The position numbers and the translations under genes are program-made. DNA of 24,000 nt from Planctomycetota bacterium (GTDB lineage Bacteria; Planctomycetota; Phycisphaerae; UBA1845): positions 10,558 through 34,557 of the forward strand of contig JAADIU010000337.1 in assembly GCA_013151185.1 (NCBI GenBank), written 5' to 3'. The notes beneath the pieces are model-generated. The model searched no databases. It was given only the letters and a program-made list of their open reading frames with translations, and had not been told where the DNA came from. The first letter of the stretch is position 1. Each line of letters opens with the position of its first letter. This document shows, piece after piece, positions 23,874 to 24,000 of the stretch.

Positions 23874-24000
23874 TTAGGTTGCCATCTTTCAGAAAAGGAC
23901 CCACGAACCAATCATCGAGGCCTCGCCAACGCGAACACCCCAAGTCTACGATCAATCGGAACGAAGCTTATACCGCATTAGCGGTGAATTTACCACAGTG

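Overview
This looks like an ordinary chromosomal (core) segment of a fairly GC-rich bacterium. I infer a Planctomycetota-like origin from the dockerin-type secreted protein, the CxxCGYNLRG zinc-ribbon motif and intergenic repeats that translate to peptides such as VGTAHPT and GAPHPSRMG. I see no defence system, no transposase or integrase, no CRISPR array, and no tRNA or rRNA.

Gene content falls into five blocks:
- 1-3150 (+): a nucleotide-sugar operon with a UDP-glucuronate decarboxylase-like 3' fragment, a NusG/RfaH-like paralog, UDP-glucose 6-dehydrogenase and UDP-glucuronate 4-epimerase.
- 3361-7469: housekeeping and orphan genes, namely threonine synthase, a CII-like HTH protein, RsmA/KsgA and a secreted dockerin-repeat protein.
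- 8100-10598 (+): a four-gene unit with consecutive 4-nt overlaps, made of a trans-sulfuration PLP enzyme, a 101-aa ORF, a lipoprotein and free Met-R-sulfoxide reductase.
- 10754-20399 (-): a roughly 9.6-kb, 12-gene aa3-type cytochrome c oxidase structural and biogenesis cluster, ctaC-ctaD-ctaE-ctaF, two small membrane proteins, ctaA-ctaB, an ABC ATPase, an ABC-2 permease, Sco and DUF420/CtaM.
- 20819-23873: an amicyanin-like cupredoxin with its own terminator, an atypically long RNase HII-like protein, a STAS-domain protein, and rpsU, which the ORF track misses.

The most unusual signal is non-coding. Four GTAG-headed hairpin doublets (REPIN-like) occur in two stem variants related by compensatory changes. 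A third hairpin repeat family occurs in short and long forms. Some of these elements supply stop codons, and one sits inside the oxidase operon.

All homology statements come from motif recognition by eye. No database search was run.
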